Part shown: positions 17,590 through 26,037 of the stretch, piece by piece
Numbering within the stretch: the stretch's first letter is position 1
Layout of the letters: every line of letters starts with the position of its first letter
Virus record (IMG/VR): IMGVR_UViG_3300026484_000284
Span: 64,001 to 101,859 of that record
Reading direction: 5' to 3' (one strand)
Source: a virus
Taxonomy: Duplodnaviria; Heunggongvirae; Uroviricota; Caudoviricetes
Length of the DNA: 37,859 bases
Program-made: the position numbers and the translations under genes
Notes under the pieces: generated by a model
The model's input: the letters and a program-made list of their open reading frames with translations, nothing else
Databases searched by the model: none
What the model was told of the DNA's origin: nothing

Positions 17590-18065
17590 TTATCCTTGAA
17601 ATACTTACAAATTTCATCTTTAAGGTTTTTATAATCCTTATCACTCAATTTAATTGACTTGCTTTTTTTATCATAATTTTTGGGTTTTGAAATTATTATC
17701 GAGGAAATGTATCCATTGTCTTTTGTAACGACTACATTTTCAAAGAACACTTTATAACCTATGTCGAATAAAAATTCTGTATTCCCAAATAATTTTGCTT
17801 CAAGTAACCCTTGGAATTTATCATCTATTTTACAATCACTCAAATCCATTGTCATTACGGACATTTCACTTTCTGTAAATCCAAGAGTATCTTGAACATT
17901 TTTTAAGAATCTTTTATTTACCATAAAGGCAGTATAAGTGTTTTTATCACTTTCCTTGTTTGTAACAATTTGCATAACTTCAAATCCTCTTCTAATATAC
18001 GAAGCAACTAAATTCGCCAATGCCCTTGACGACTTTGCTTGAAGGTCATAGATTAACATTTTCAA
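17586..18065 (-). CDS. Hypothetical protein, 159 aa
   Basis: Coupled ORF; AAAAAGGA RBS. Confidence 0.75.
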   Translation of the reverse strand: MKMLIYDLQAKSSRALANLVASYIRRGFEVMQIVTNKESDKNTYTAFMVNKRFLKNVQDTLGFTESEMSVMTMDLSDCKIDDKFQGLLEAKLFGNTEFLFDIGYKVFFENVVVTKDNGYISSIIISKPKNYDKKSKSIKLSDKDYKNLKDEICKYFKDK

Positions 18066-20578
18066 TCCTTTTTTAATTTATTAAAAAATTTCATTATTGA
18101 AGAATTCAACTTATAAGATTTACCGTATCGTTTATAACCTATCAACCTTAAAAATTTCTTAAATCTTTCATTCTTTAATTCTTTTTCAGAATATTTATCT
18201 TTAAGTTGTATTGACTTAAATTGACTTATCAACTCTAAGTTATGTATATAACTTTTATTGAGATTGTTTGCTAAACTATAAGCAATTAAGTTTTTGATAT
18301 TATCATTTAAGAACATTTTAAGGTAATTGAATTTCATAAGAATTTTTTTATCTCTTTTACTTATATTTAATAATTCAATTATCTCTTCTTTATTAAGTTC
18401 TATAAAAATCTTGTTTATTGATTTATAAAATTCATTATAATCTGTTTCAAGTTTTAAATCAAATTCAAAAGTCGATAAATCTTTTAAGACTTCAATTTTT
18501 TCTTTAAATTCTTTTTCTTCTTCTTGTTTTAAAGTTTCCCTAATTTGTTTCAAGTCATATTTTTTAGATATGGTATCAATTTCAATAGTTTTATTTTCAA
18601 ATTGTTCTTTTAGCAAAATTTCAAAAGTTAAAAGTGGGTTGGTATTGAATAAATTTTCCATATAAATTTTTTTAAGTGTCCATTTACCAAACTTGCTTAG
18701 TTTTAAATTCGCATAAGAATCAAACTCAACGAATAATGAATTCTTAACAAGGTACTTGTCAAGTTTTTTAATAATATCACTTTCCAATTCCTCGTAATCT
18801 ATTATCCTATTAAATCGTTTATTCTTTAAGTAAAAATGAATATTCTTTGCTTGTCTATTTCTTTTGACTTGCTGTAATGAATTTATAACACTACCTGTCC
18901 CATCCGAAAAATGAAAATGATGATAAGAGTGGTTCAATATATTTATCCCAACTGTTATTGTAGGAGTATATATTAACAAATCCCACTCACTATGTTTGTC
19001 TTTTTTGAAAAACTCACTATAATCCTTATCCGTTTCACTTGTTATGCAAACAACATTAAAGTCCTTTTCAAAAATTTTTTTAATGATTTTAGCATAACTT
19101 TTATTTGTAGTTGATAAGGTGACTTTTCCATTTTTATTTTTTAAAGTGGATTCAATGGTATAGATGAACTCATCTAACTCCTTATAAACATAAAGGTTTG
19201 TTTTATCTCTATAAAAATTCTCATAATACTCTATATTTTTTCTGTTAATAAATTCAACTTCTATACCCGTTAAAAATGCATCCATAATCAATAAAGGTTT
19301 TTTAAATTTTTGTAATATATAAAAAAATTTTAGATTATTATAACTACCATAATCCCCCAAATTAGATTGACTATGTTCCACAAGTGATAAAAATTCATCA
19401 ACTATAAAAAAATCAAACTGCTTTAAATCATACTTATATAAAGATTCAAATTGGCATATTAAACTATCTCCTTCAAAATACTTATCTTGATTATATAGTT
19501 TAAAATGAGGAAATTTTTCTTTATATTCTTTCGCAAGTGTTACCCTATTTGTAATTATTAAACATTTTTTATCTTTTTCCAAGTGTTTTATAAAATTAGT
19601 TTTACCCGTCCCCATTGCTGATTTTACAAAAATAACTTTATCTTCTTCCAACTCAATTTTCCCAAAAGTGTTTTCGAGAGTTTCAATATCTATATACCTT
19701 TGATTAAACACTTTTTTATTTTGAATAGGTGAAAAAATTTTATCTTGAAATTCATTTAAAATTCTTTTTTGATTATATTCTTTAAACTCTTTTGTGTTTT
19801 TTATCAAATCAAAAATTGAGAATGACTTTGACTTGTTAAAATGGTGGCAAAATTGTGGAGAATTTTTATAAATAAAGTATCCACCTTTTGTTTTTTCTTT
19901 TGGATGCTGTAAATTTATCAAGTCTTCTTTTTCTGATTTTATATTATAACCTAAATTTTCATATGTCCTTAAACATAAAGATAAGAGTGAATTATCGAAA
20001 TTTGAAACTTCAATCTTACTTTCTTCATAATAAAAATCTAAAACATTTCCACCCTTAAATGTAATTATTTCATTCTCTTTAAATGTCGGTGCTTGAACGG
20101 AACTTATTCTTATTGAAGAATAATCGACTTTACAATAATCATTAATCAAGTGTTTAACATAATCTAATGCTTTTGTTCTACTAATAAAATTATTGTTACC
20201 AATAAATTCTATAACACCTTTCATATTAAAATTATCTACACCATTATAACTTCTACTCTCCCATAATGAAAAATTAAAATTATTTTTTTGTAAAATTTCA
20301 ATAATATAATCACGATTGAAAGCATTTTTAACTTCATCAAAATCTACAATTATGAAACTGAATTCCTTACATAAAAACTTTTCCATTTCATAATTGTTCC
20401 TTTTTGAAATTGTTCCGTCTTCGGAAAAATTAAAACAACCATTTAACATCCAAAATTCTGAATTGACTTTATAAAAGTACTCTAATGGAATGTCTTTTGT
20501 ATAAAATAAAAATTCGTTGTCTTCATTACCTAACGGATGTTTGCCTATGCCTTCAGACCTGAAAAATGATAATAACAT
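18062..20578 (-). CDS. Origin-binding (UL9-like) SF2 helicase with N-terminal primase/polymerase-like region
   Basis: VKSAMGTGKT, ITNRVTLA, IVDEF, LIYTPTITVGINI, QQVKRNR helicase motifs. Confidence 0.8.
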   Translation of the reverse strand: MLLSFFRSEGIGKHPLGNEDNEFLFYTKDIPLEYFYKVNSEFWMLNGCFNFSEDGTISKRNNYEMEKFLCKEFSFIIVDFDEVKNAFNRDYIIEILQKNNFNFSLWESRSYNGVDNFNMKGVIEFIGNNNFISRTKALDYVKHLINDYCKVDYSSIRISSVQAPTFKENEIITFKGGNVLDFYYEESKIEVSNFDNSLLSLCLRTYENLGYNIKSEKEDLINLQHPKEKTKGGYFIYKNSPQFCHHFNKSKSFSIFDLIKNTKEFKEYNQKRILNEFQDKIFSPIQNKKVFNQRYIDIETLENTFGKIELEEDKVIFVKSAMGTGKTNFIKHLEKDKKCLIITNRVTLAKEYKEKFPHFKLYNQDKYFEGDSLICQFESLYKYDLKQFDFFIVDEFLSLVEHSQSNLGDYGSYNNLKFFYILQKFKKPLLIMDAFLTGIEVEFINRKNIEYYENFYRDKTNLYVYKELDEFIYTIESTLKNKNGKVTLSTTNKSYAKIIKKIFEKDFNVVCITSETDKDYSEFFKKDKHSEWDLLIYTPTITVGINILNHSYHHFHFSDGTGSVINSLQQVKRNRQAKNIHFYLKNKRFNRIIDYEELESDIIKKLDKYLVKNSLFVEFDSYANLKLSKFGKWTLKKIYMENLFNTNPLLTFEILLKEQFENKTIEIDTISKKYDLKQIRETLKQEEEKEFKEKIEVLKDLSTFEFDLKLETDYNEFYKSINKIFIELNKEEIIELLNISKRDKKILMKFNYLKMFLNDNIKNLIAYSLANNLNKSYIHNLELISQFKSIQLKDKYSEKELKNERFKKFLRLIGYKRYGKSYKLNSSIMKFFNKLKKD

Positions 20579-20587
20579 TTTTTCTCC

Positions 20588-21343
20588 TTAAAATATATCC
20601 AACTCCATTATAGGAGTGTCAGCATTTCCATCGCATAAATTATGCTCAAAATAAGGACACCAATTACAAAATGTATCCTTCTTAGGAAAAGATTTTGTAG
20701 TTTCAATGGTATTTATAACCTTTTTAACTTCATCTTGAATTTTTTGTTTTTCTGATTTATCAAATTCAAATATTATATTCTTATTATGCTCAATAAATTC
20801 AAAATAAAGTTTTGCTTTTCCAGCAGGAAATAATGATAATGCCACAAGATAATAAATATACAATTGGATCTTATCTTGATTTTCATTAAATCTCCCTGTT
20901 TTGTGGTCTGTAATATAAACAATTTTTTCGTTTTTATCATAATACATTAAATCTATGAACCCTATTATATCAGACTCATAATTGTAATCTTTCACTTCTA
21001 AGGTATCAATATCAAGTCCAAACCCCATTTCTATAAATAATTCATTTCTTGATTTATAGTCTTGAATAGTATTGTTTTTTAAAATTTTTTTAAGTTGCTT
21101 AAATAACATTGACTTTTCTTCGCCTTGATAAACCTTAAATTCAAAATCAGCAATTTTTTTGATTTCGTCTTTCAAATAAAGTTCTATTCCTTTATGTAAA
21201 AATGACCCCTTTTCTAAACTCCTATTCATTACGAATGGAGTTTTGATTTTATCAATGTATTGGAGTTTGAACCTATGAGGACAATTCTTATAGGTGTTTA
21301 TTTTTGAATAACTATAAGGCGAAAATTTTAAGTCCATTTTCAT
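20588..21343 (-). CDS. Cas4/RecB-like PD-(D/E)xK exonuclease with Fe-S cysteines
   Basis: SYSKINTYKNCP...H...E...GFIDL...DHKTG...QL..Y...CNWCPYFEHNLC. Confidence 0.85.
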   Translation of the reverse strand: MKMDLKFSPYSYSKINTYKNCPHRFKLQYIDKIKTPFVMNRSLEKGSFLHKGIELYLKDEIKKIADFEFKVYQGEEKSMLFKQLKKILKNNTIQDYKSRNELFIEMGFGLDIDTLEVKDYNYESDIIGFIDLMYYDKNEKIVYITDHKTGRFNENQDKIQLYIYYLVALSLFPAGKAKLYFEFIEHNKNIIFEFDKSEKQKIQDEVKKVINTIETTKSFPKKDTFCNWCPYFEHNLCDGNADTPIMELDIF

Positions 21344-21642
21344 TCGCCTAAAAGTTTATTTGCTAAATTTTGCACATTGTCATCCTCTTCAAATCTTCTC
21401 GCAAATAACTCTGCTTCACTATCAATAGGTTTTAGTTGTTCTTTAATTTTTTGTTTAATCATTGACAATGCTTTATTAAAATTTTTAACTGTTATACCTT
21501 CGTCTTTTAGTTCATCTTTAATTGCTTTAATGTCCATTTTTAAGTCTTTTATTTCATTTTCAAGACTTAAAACCCTAATAGCACCACTTATTGCTTTTTG
21601 AATGTCTTCTTCTTCTGTTGAAACGATTTTTTCTTTAATCAT
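21340..21642 (-). CDS. dsbA: dsDNA-binding protein, T4 DsbA / GapR-like
   Basis: IKDLKMDIKAIKDELKDEGITVKNFNKAL coiled-coil pattern. Confidence 0.65.
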   Translation of the reverse strand: MIKEKIVSTEEEDIQKAISGAIRVLSLENEIKDLKMDIKAIKDELKDEGITVKNFNKALSMIKQKIKEQLKPIDSEAELFARRFEEDDNVQNLANKLLGE

Positions 21643-21680
21643 CTTATCTCCTTGTTTTTTAATTTATAAATGATTTTATA

Positions 21681-21710
21681 ATTATAATAAAAAATCACTT
21701 GTAAATTAAC
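21681..21710 (-). promoter_or_regulatory. Class II promoter GTTAATT-N17-TATAAT
   Basis: -10 at 21686-21681, GTTAATT at 21710-21704. Confidence 0.65.
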
Positions 21711-21738
21711 ATTGTTAAATAATTTAAAAGGACTTAAA

Positions 21739-22230
21739 ATGTCTTATGGGAACATTTATTTAAAACTTAAAAATCAATATAAACATTTAAGCACTTCTTC
21801 AAAAGTGAAGAATCATCATACAACTACAAAAAAAACTAAACGAGGTCACCTTTATGGCGATTTTGTTCCTGTAAATGAAGATAAATTTATCATAGTTAAA
21901 AACAAACAAAATGGTGGTAAAATAAAATATCGTTCTTCTTGGGAAAAGAAATTTCTCGAATGGTGTGATTCAAATCCCAATGTTACCAAAATAATTTCTG
22001 AAGGTGTAAAAATACCTTATTATTTTGATGGAAAAGATAGAAATTACTATCCAGATTTTGTTATAAATTTTAAAAATGAAGTTTTACTTCTTGAAATAAA
22101 ACCAGCAAGTCAAGTTGATGACCCTATAAACATTGCTAAATTTGAAGCAGCAAAAAAATTTGCTGAAACAAGAAAAATAAAGTTTTTAATTCTTACAGAA
22201 AACGAATTAAAAAACCTTATTAAATCATAA
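21739..22230 (+). CDS. gp4: Head completion nuclease (T4 gp4-like, TnsA-type fold)
   Basis: YRSSWEKKFLEWCDSNPNV...IPY...YYPDF...EIKP; AAAGGA RBS before ATG 21739; TAAATA at 21716-21721. Confidence 0.85.
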   Translation: MSYGNIYLKLKNQYKHLSTSSKVKNHHTTTKKTKRGHLYGDFVPVNEDKFIIVKNKQNGGKIKYRSSWEKKFLEWCDSNPNVTKIISEGVKIPYYFDGKDRNYYPDFVINFKNEVLLLEIKPASQVDDPINIAKFEAAKKFAETRKIKFLILTENELKNLIKS

Positions 22231-22419
22231 CATCGCCATATTCCCTTCAACCATAACATCTAACGATTGAGTTGAACTTTGAGCATCGTTCAATGATGTT
22301 AGATTAGGTGTTCTTTGTTTTCCATTTTCTGTTGTTTTTGTTATATTCAACCCACACTTTGGACAAACCATTGCTTTACCCATATCATTCATTGTAGATT
22401 TACATCTTGGACAAGTCAT
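22225..22419 (-). CDS. Zinc-ribbon protein, 64 aa
   Basis: CPRC-x12-CPKCG. Confidence 0.75.
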   Translation of the reverse strand: MTCPRCKSTMNDMGKAMVCPKCGLNITKTTENGKQRTPNLTSLNDAQSSTQSLDVMVEGNMAML

Positions 22420-22658
22420 TTAATCTCCTTTATAAAATTTTTAATTTTGTCTTTAAATTCACTTTTTTTAACACTTGAAACTGTATCAATCGAAAACCCT
22501 ATAATTTCGTTTTCATAAGTTTTTAATCTACAATCATACACTTCTTCAAAATGTTCAGAAATCTTATCTGCCATTTCAAACATTCTATCTTCGTCATCAT
22601 TGAAACCTATAAAAACTTCTGATATATTCATTCTTTCTAAGATATTTTTTAAAGACAT
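22416..22658 (-). CDS. Hypothetical protein, 80 aa
   Basis: AAAAAGGA RBS. Confidence 0.75.
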   Translation of the reverse strand: MSLKNILERMNISEVFIGFNDDEDRMFEMADKISEHFEEVYDCRLKTYENEIIGFSIDTVSSVKKSEFKDKIKNFIKEIK

Positions 22659-22692
22659 ATTCTTCCTTTTTTAAGTGGTAACTATATCATAA

Positions 22693-22872
22693 TTAGGCAA
22701 AAGAACCTAATTCAAACTTTTTACCTTGTCTAAGATTATCAACCTTTTCATTTTTTATTTTTTTCTTTTTAAGGTCAATCTCGGCACCAACATTGAAACC
22801 ACAAGCAGGACAGGTCATAATGCTACCATTTGAGAACATTTCTGTCTTACATTTCGGGCATTTTAAATTCAT
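22693..22872 (-). CDS. 59-aa zinc-ribbon ORF absent from the ORF track (MNLKCPKCKTEMFSNGSIMTCPACGFNVG...)
   Basis: Hand translation; AAAAAGGA RBS; TAAATA at 22894-22889. Confidence 0.8.
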   Translation of the reverse strand: MNLKCPKCKTEMFSNGSIMTCPACGFNVGAEIDLKKKKIKNEKVDNLRQGKKFELGSFA

Positions 22873-22891
22873 ATGAATCCTTTTTAAGTAT

Positions 22892-23668
22892 TTAACTACT
22901 CAAAATCTTTTCAATTTCTTTAATACTTGTTTGTGAGCAATCACATTTCACAAATTCCGTAGAAATAACTTTTTTTCCACCAAGCATTTTTGAAATGTTA
23001 CTCGTGAAATTGAAGAACACTGTATTGTCTTCTTTGTTTAATTTAATGTTATAAACATTTTCAAGATTTACAAATCTATTACCAACTTTTATCCATTTAC
23101 ACTCACTTGTCAATTCAGTAATAAAATCATATAACTCTTTTGAATCTTTGAAATTTTCAATTTCAAAAGAAGGCCTAACATTTTCAACATTATCTTTATT
23201 AGATTCTGTATTTTTAAAATTTAAAATAACACTCAATTTCTCAATATCATACACTATATTATTGATGTTTTTTGAATTATAAAAATTATTACTTCTTTCT
23301 ACCCACATTTTTGCTCCTTTTAAGTATTTATGGATTCTTTCATTTTGTCCAGAAACTTTGATATTATAGTTTAAAAACTTACTATATATTCTTTTCTTTG
23401 ATAGACTTGTCATAAAACAATAATCGCCGTTGTCCCCATAAAATGTTATTTTTATGATTTTATCTAAATTTACATATAATTTATCATCAATTTTAAAAAA
23501 TTGTGATAACTCATCTTCATTAAATTCATTAAATTGTTTTTGAATATAAATATCCTCTCCATTAATGTTTATCATTACATCAAGTGTCGCAGACCATTTG
23601 TTCCCAAAATGTGTAATTTTGAGAATTTTGTCTTTACTATAAAATTCGTTATCCGTCGCTAATTTCAT
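22892..23668 (-). CDS. Hypothetical protein with four xNLxxIxxI-like repeats and an internal in-frame start
   Basis: YVNLDKIIKI, FVNLENVYNI, FYSKDKILKI, FYNSKNINNI; weak LytTR-like resemblance. Confidence 0.7.
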   Translation of the reverse strand: MKLATDNEFYSKDKILKITHFGNKWSATLDVMININGEDIYIQKQFNEFNEDELSQFFKIDDKLYVNLDKIIKITFYGDNGDYCFMTSLSKKRIYSKFLNYNIKVSGQNERIHKYLKGAKMWVERSNNFYNSKNINNIVYDIEKLSVILNFKNTESNKDNVENVRPSFEIENFKDSKELYDFITELTSECKWIKVGNRFVNLENVYNIKLNKEDNTVFFNFTSNISKMLGGKKVISTEFVKCDCSQTSIKEIEKILSS

Positions 23669-23747
23669 TTAATCTCTCCTTATTTTTACTCGTTATTATT
23701 TAATTTTAAAATAATCTGTTATAAGTCTTGATTAAATGAACTATATA

Positions 23748-23776
23748 ATTATAACAGATTTATTTTAAATTGTCAA
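23748..23776 (-). promoter_or_regulatory. Class I promoter TTGACA-N17-TATAAT
   Basis: -35 at 23776-23771, -10 at 23753-23748. Confidence 0.85.
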
Positions 23777-23802
23777 GTGTTTTTTGAATGATTTTAAAAA
23801 TT

Positions 23803-25059
23803 TTATTCAAAATCTCCAAAATCAAAATCCCCACTCGATTCTTCAAACTTCAAATCACCTGCTGAGTCTTCAGGTACCCCAAAACTCGCATTTAATTGAC
23901 TTGTCAAATCCGGTAAATTATTGTTATCTACCTCATTAACTTTTTGATTCATTTGTTTAATTCCTGCTTGCTCATCAACGATACCTTTAAAGGCCATCCT
24001 TGAAAAATCAACTTCTAATAAAACCTTTTCAAGTTTCCCCGTGTATCTATTTTTGTCTGCTTTTAATATAATTTGCTTTTGCTGTCTCAATTCTTCATTC
24101 GATAACATACTTGCGGCAAAATCTGCTGTAGCAATAACACCGATTGACTCTGAAATGTTCTCCATTCCTGCTTCCGTATTGTTATAAGAACTTCTATTCA
24201 TTTGCGAACTTGAAATTATTATAATATCGTTTTGTTTTGCAAACCCGTGCAATTCTTCTGCTATACTTTTAAAATATGTATAAGAACCTTGACTTAATTT
24301 TGCTCTCGTTGATTTCATTAGGTTAAGATAATCAACCACGATATAATCCAACTTGATATTATGCTCATTTTCAATCTCATCTTTTAGGAATTGTAAATCA
24401 AATACACTAAAACCTCCAGCAGGATATTCCTTTACAAAAAATTTACCTGTGTAATCTTTAACTTTATCATATTTTGCCTTATACACTTCCCAACTCATAT
24501 TGTCGAATTCGTGTAGTTGAGTGTAAAGTAGATTAGCATCAAATCTTTTTAGTATTTCTGCTTCTTCCATTTCAAGTGAAACATATAAACCATTTTTCTT
24601 CTGTAAAGACATACCTGCAGCAGTTGCTATTTTTAGTGCCGTGTTATGATGTAAAATTCCATTAGCATCATAATATAAATGTGGTGCATCTAATGATAAA
24701 CCATATAAAAACTCATCTGTATTTTCTTTTATATTTAAGTGTTTAATTTTAACTAATCCTTCAACTGTTTCTAAATAATCTCCAACTTTTAAATCTTTAG
24801 CATAAATAATGTTTCCATTTATTACGAACCTGTGATTTAATGAAACCACAACTTCAATTCCGTTTTCAAGTGTAACTTCAACCCAATCCTCAGGTGTTTT
24901 TTTAACTAATTGTCTAATAGGCACAATACCATCTGGAGATTCAATATAACACTCATATTTTAAATCTGAAAATATATCACACTCATAACTCTCTTCTAAA
25001 AATTCATTGAATTCAAATAATTCACTTATTTCCATTGTTATTTTTTTTAAATCACTCAT
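23803..25059 (-). CDS. gp41: Replicative helicase gp41, C-terminal half preceded by a 139-aa IntC
   Basis: ...GILHHN|TALK..YVSLEM..IVVDYLNLM..SSQMNR..ISESIG..KNRY DnaB-family motifs. Confidence 0.9.
   Translation of the reverse strand: MSDLKKITMEISELFEFNEFLEESYECDIFSDLKYECYIESPDGIVPIRQLVKKTPEDWVEVTLENGIEVVVSLNHRFVINGNIIYAKDLKVGDYLETVEGLVKIKHLNIKENTDEFLYGLSLDAPHLYYDANGILHHNTALKIATAAGMSLQKKNGLYVSLEMEEAEILKRFDANLLYTQLHEFDNMSWEVYKAKYDKVKDYTGKFFVKEYPAGGFSVFDLQFLKDEIENEHNIKLDYIVVDYLNLMKSTRAKLSQGSYTYFKSIAEELHGFAKQNDIIIISSSQMNRSSYNNTEAGMENISESIGVIATADFAASMLSNEELRQQKQIILKADKNRYTGKLEKVLLEVDFSRMAFKGIVDEQAGIKQMNQKVNEVDNNNLPDLTSQLNASFGVPEDSAGDLKFEESSGDFDFGDFE
24643..25059 (-). mobile_element. Split intein C-fragment of gp41 (139 aa)
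   Basis: SLNH block B, AKDLKVGD, LYGLSL block F, HHN/T block G. Confidence 0.9.
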
Positions 25060-25175
25060 TATTTTCTCCTTTAAGTGTCCCTATTATATTAAAATACTTT
25101 ATAAATTTAATGTTATGTTTTTCAATAGTTTTTTTGAATTTATAATTTTTTATTATAAACATCTTTATCCATTAA

Positions 25176-25206
25176 AAAAGAAATAGATTTCAGGTCTATT
25201 TCTTTT
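25176..25206 (-). terminator. Intrinsic terminator-like hairpin between the two gp41 halves
   Basis: 12-bp perfect stem AAAAGAAATAGA/TCTATTTCTTTT with a 7-nt loop; ends in a U run on the minus strand; stem is AU-rich. Confidence 0.6.
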
Positions 25207-25225
25207 ATGTATGTTATGCTTTTTT

Positions 25226-25933
25226 TTAAGAATTCAATTTTTTATTTCTTTTCCACTCTTCGAACTTTTTTCGTGTTTTTTCATCTACATATATATTCAA
25301 TTTTGTATCTTTTCTTAAACATTTACCTCCGTGCGATGGCGCCAAAAATAAATTTAATGTTTTACTTCTGAAACCACCACCTAATAAATCGTCAAGAACA
25401 TTTATTCCAGTTGAAATTTTTCTAAATTCTTCTTGATATTTTTTAAATCTATTTTCCAAGTCATTATGGAACTCTAAACCTAAATCCGTATCAAAATTAT
25501 AATTTAGTGCCTTTTCAAATTTTACGATTATATCATTTTCAATATCGTCTTTTTGTTTTAATTCATCGACACTTTCCAAGATAGCATCCATCAATGAAAT
25601 CTTTTTTAAGTGCCTTTGAGTGAATTGTATTAAAAAGTCAAAATTTTTTATATCTTGCTCATTTTTTAATTCTGTTTTAATGTAATTAAAAACATTCTGT
25701 TTTAAATTTTTGTCTAATCCACTTTCCATAACAAAAAGCGCCAATTCTTTAATTGACGGAGATTTCTCAAATTTTTTATGAAATTTTTCAATATATTGAT
25801 ATATCGTCTTAGTTTCAACTTTTTTAAAATTATTGCCTTCTAATTTTGAAAATACTCTGGCAAAATAAGCAGGATTCTTCATAAGGTGAAAAATTATAAT
25901 TTTTTCTCCATCGAGATTGTCTAATTCATTCAT
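25226..25933 (-). CDS. gp41: Replicative helicase gp41, N-terminal half followed by a 31-aa IntN
   Basis: FDTDLGLEF..RFKKY..ISTGINVLDDLLGGG..KTLNLFLAPSHGGK|CLRKDT. Confidence 0.9.
   Translation of the reverse strand: MNELDNLDGEKIIIFHLMKNPAYFARVFSKLEGNNFKKVETKTIYQYIEKFHKKFEKSPSIKELALFVMESGLDKNLKQNVFNYIKTELKNEQDIKNFDFLIQFTQRHLKKISLMDAILESVDELKQKDDIENDIIVKFEKALNYNFDTDLGLEFHNDLENRFKKYQEEFRKISTGINVLDDLLGGGFRSKTLNLFLAPSHGGKCLRKDTKLNIYVDEKTRKKFEEWKRNKKLNS
25229..25321 (-). mobile_element. Split intein N-fragment of gp41 (31 aa)
   Basis: Block A CLRKDTKLNIYVD directly after the Walker A lysine, then a stop. Confidence 0.85.
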
Positions 25934-25992
25934 ATTGTTTCTCCTTTAAATATATTAAAAATGATTGTATTTGTATTTATAGTCATAATATA

Positions 25993-26022
25993 ATTATAAT
26001 ATAATTGAAATTTAAAATTAAC
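25993..26022 (-). promoter_or_regulatory. Class II promoter GTTAATT-N17-TATAAT upstream of gp41-N
   Basis: -10 at 25998-25993, GTTAATT at 26022-26016. Confidence 0.65.
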
Positions 26023-26037
26023 CTTAAGGATTTTATA

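Noticed and set aside
21712-22230. TnsA transposase or mobile element call
   Set aside because: Motifs, size and late promoter fit T4 gp4 head completion nuclease; no other transposon genes or ends
25140-25172. 10-codon ORF MDKDVYNKKL in the gp41 spacer
   Set aside because: Too short and no RBS; cannot be called an endonuclease remnant
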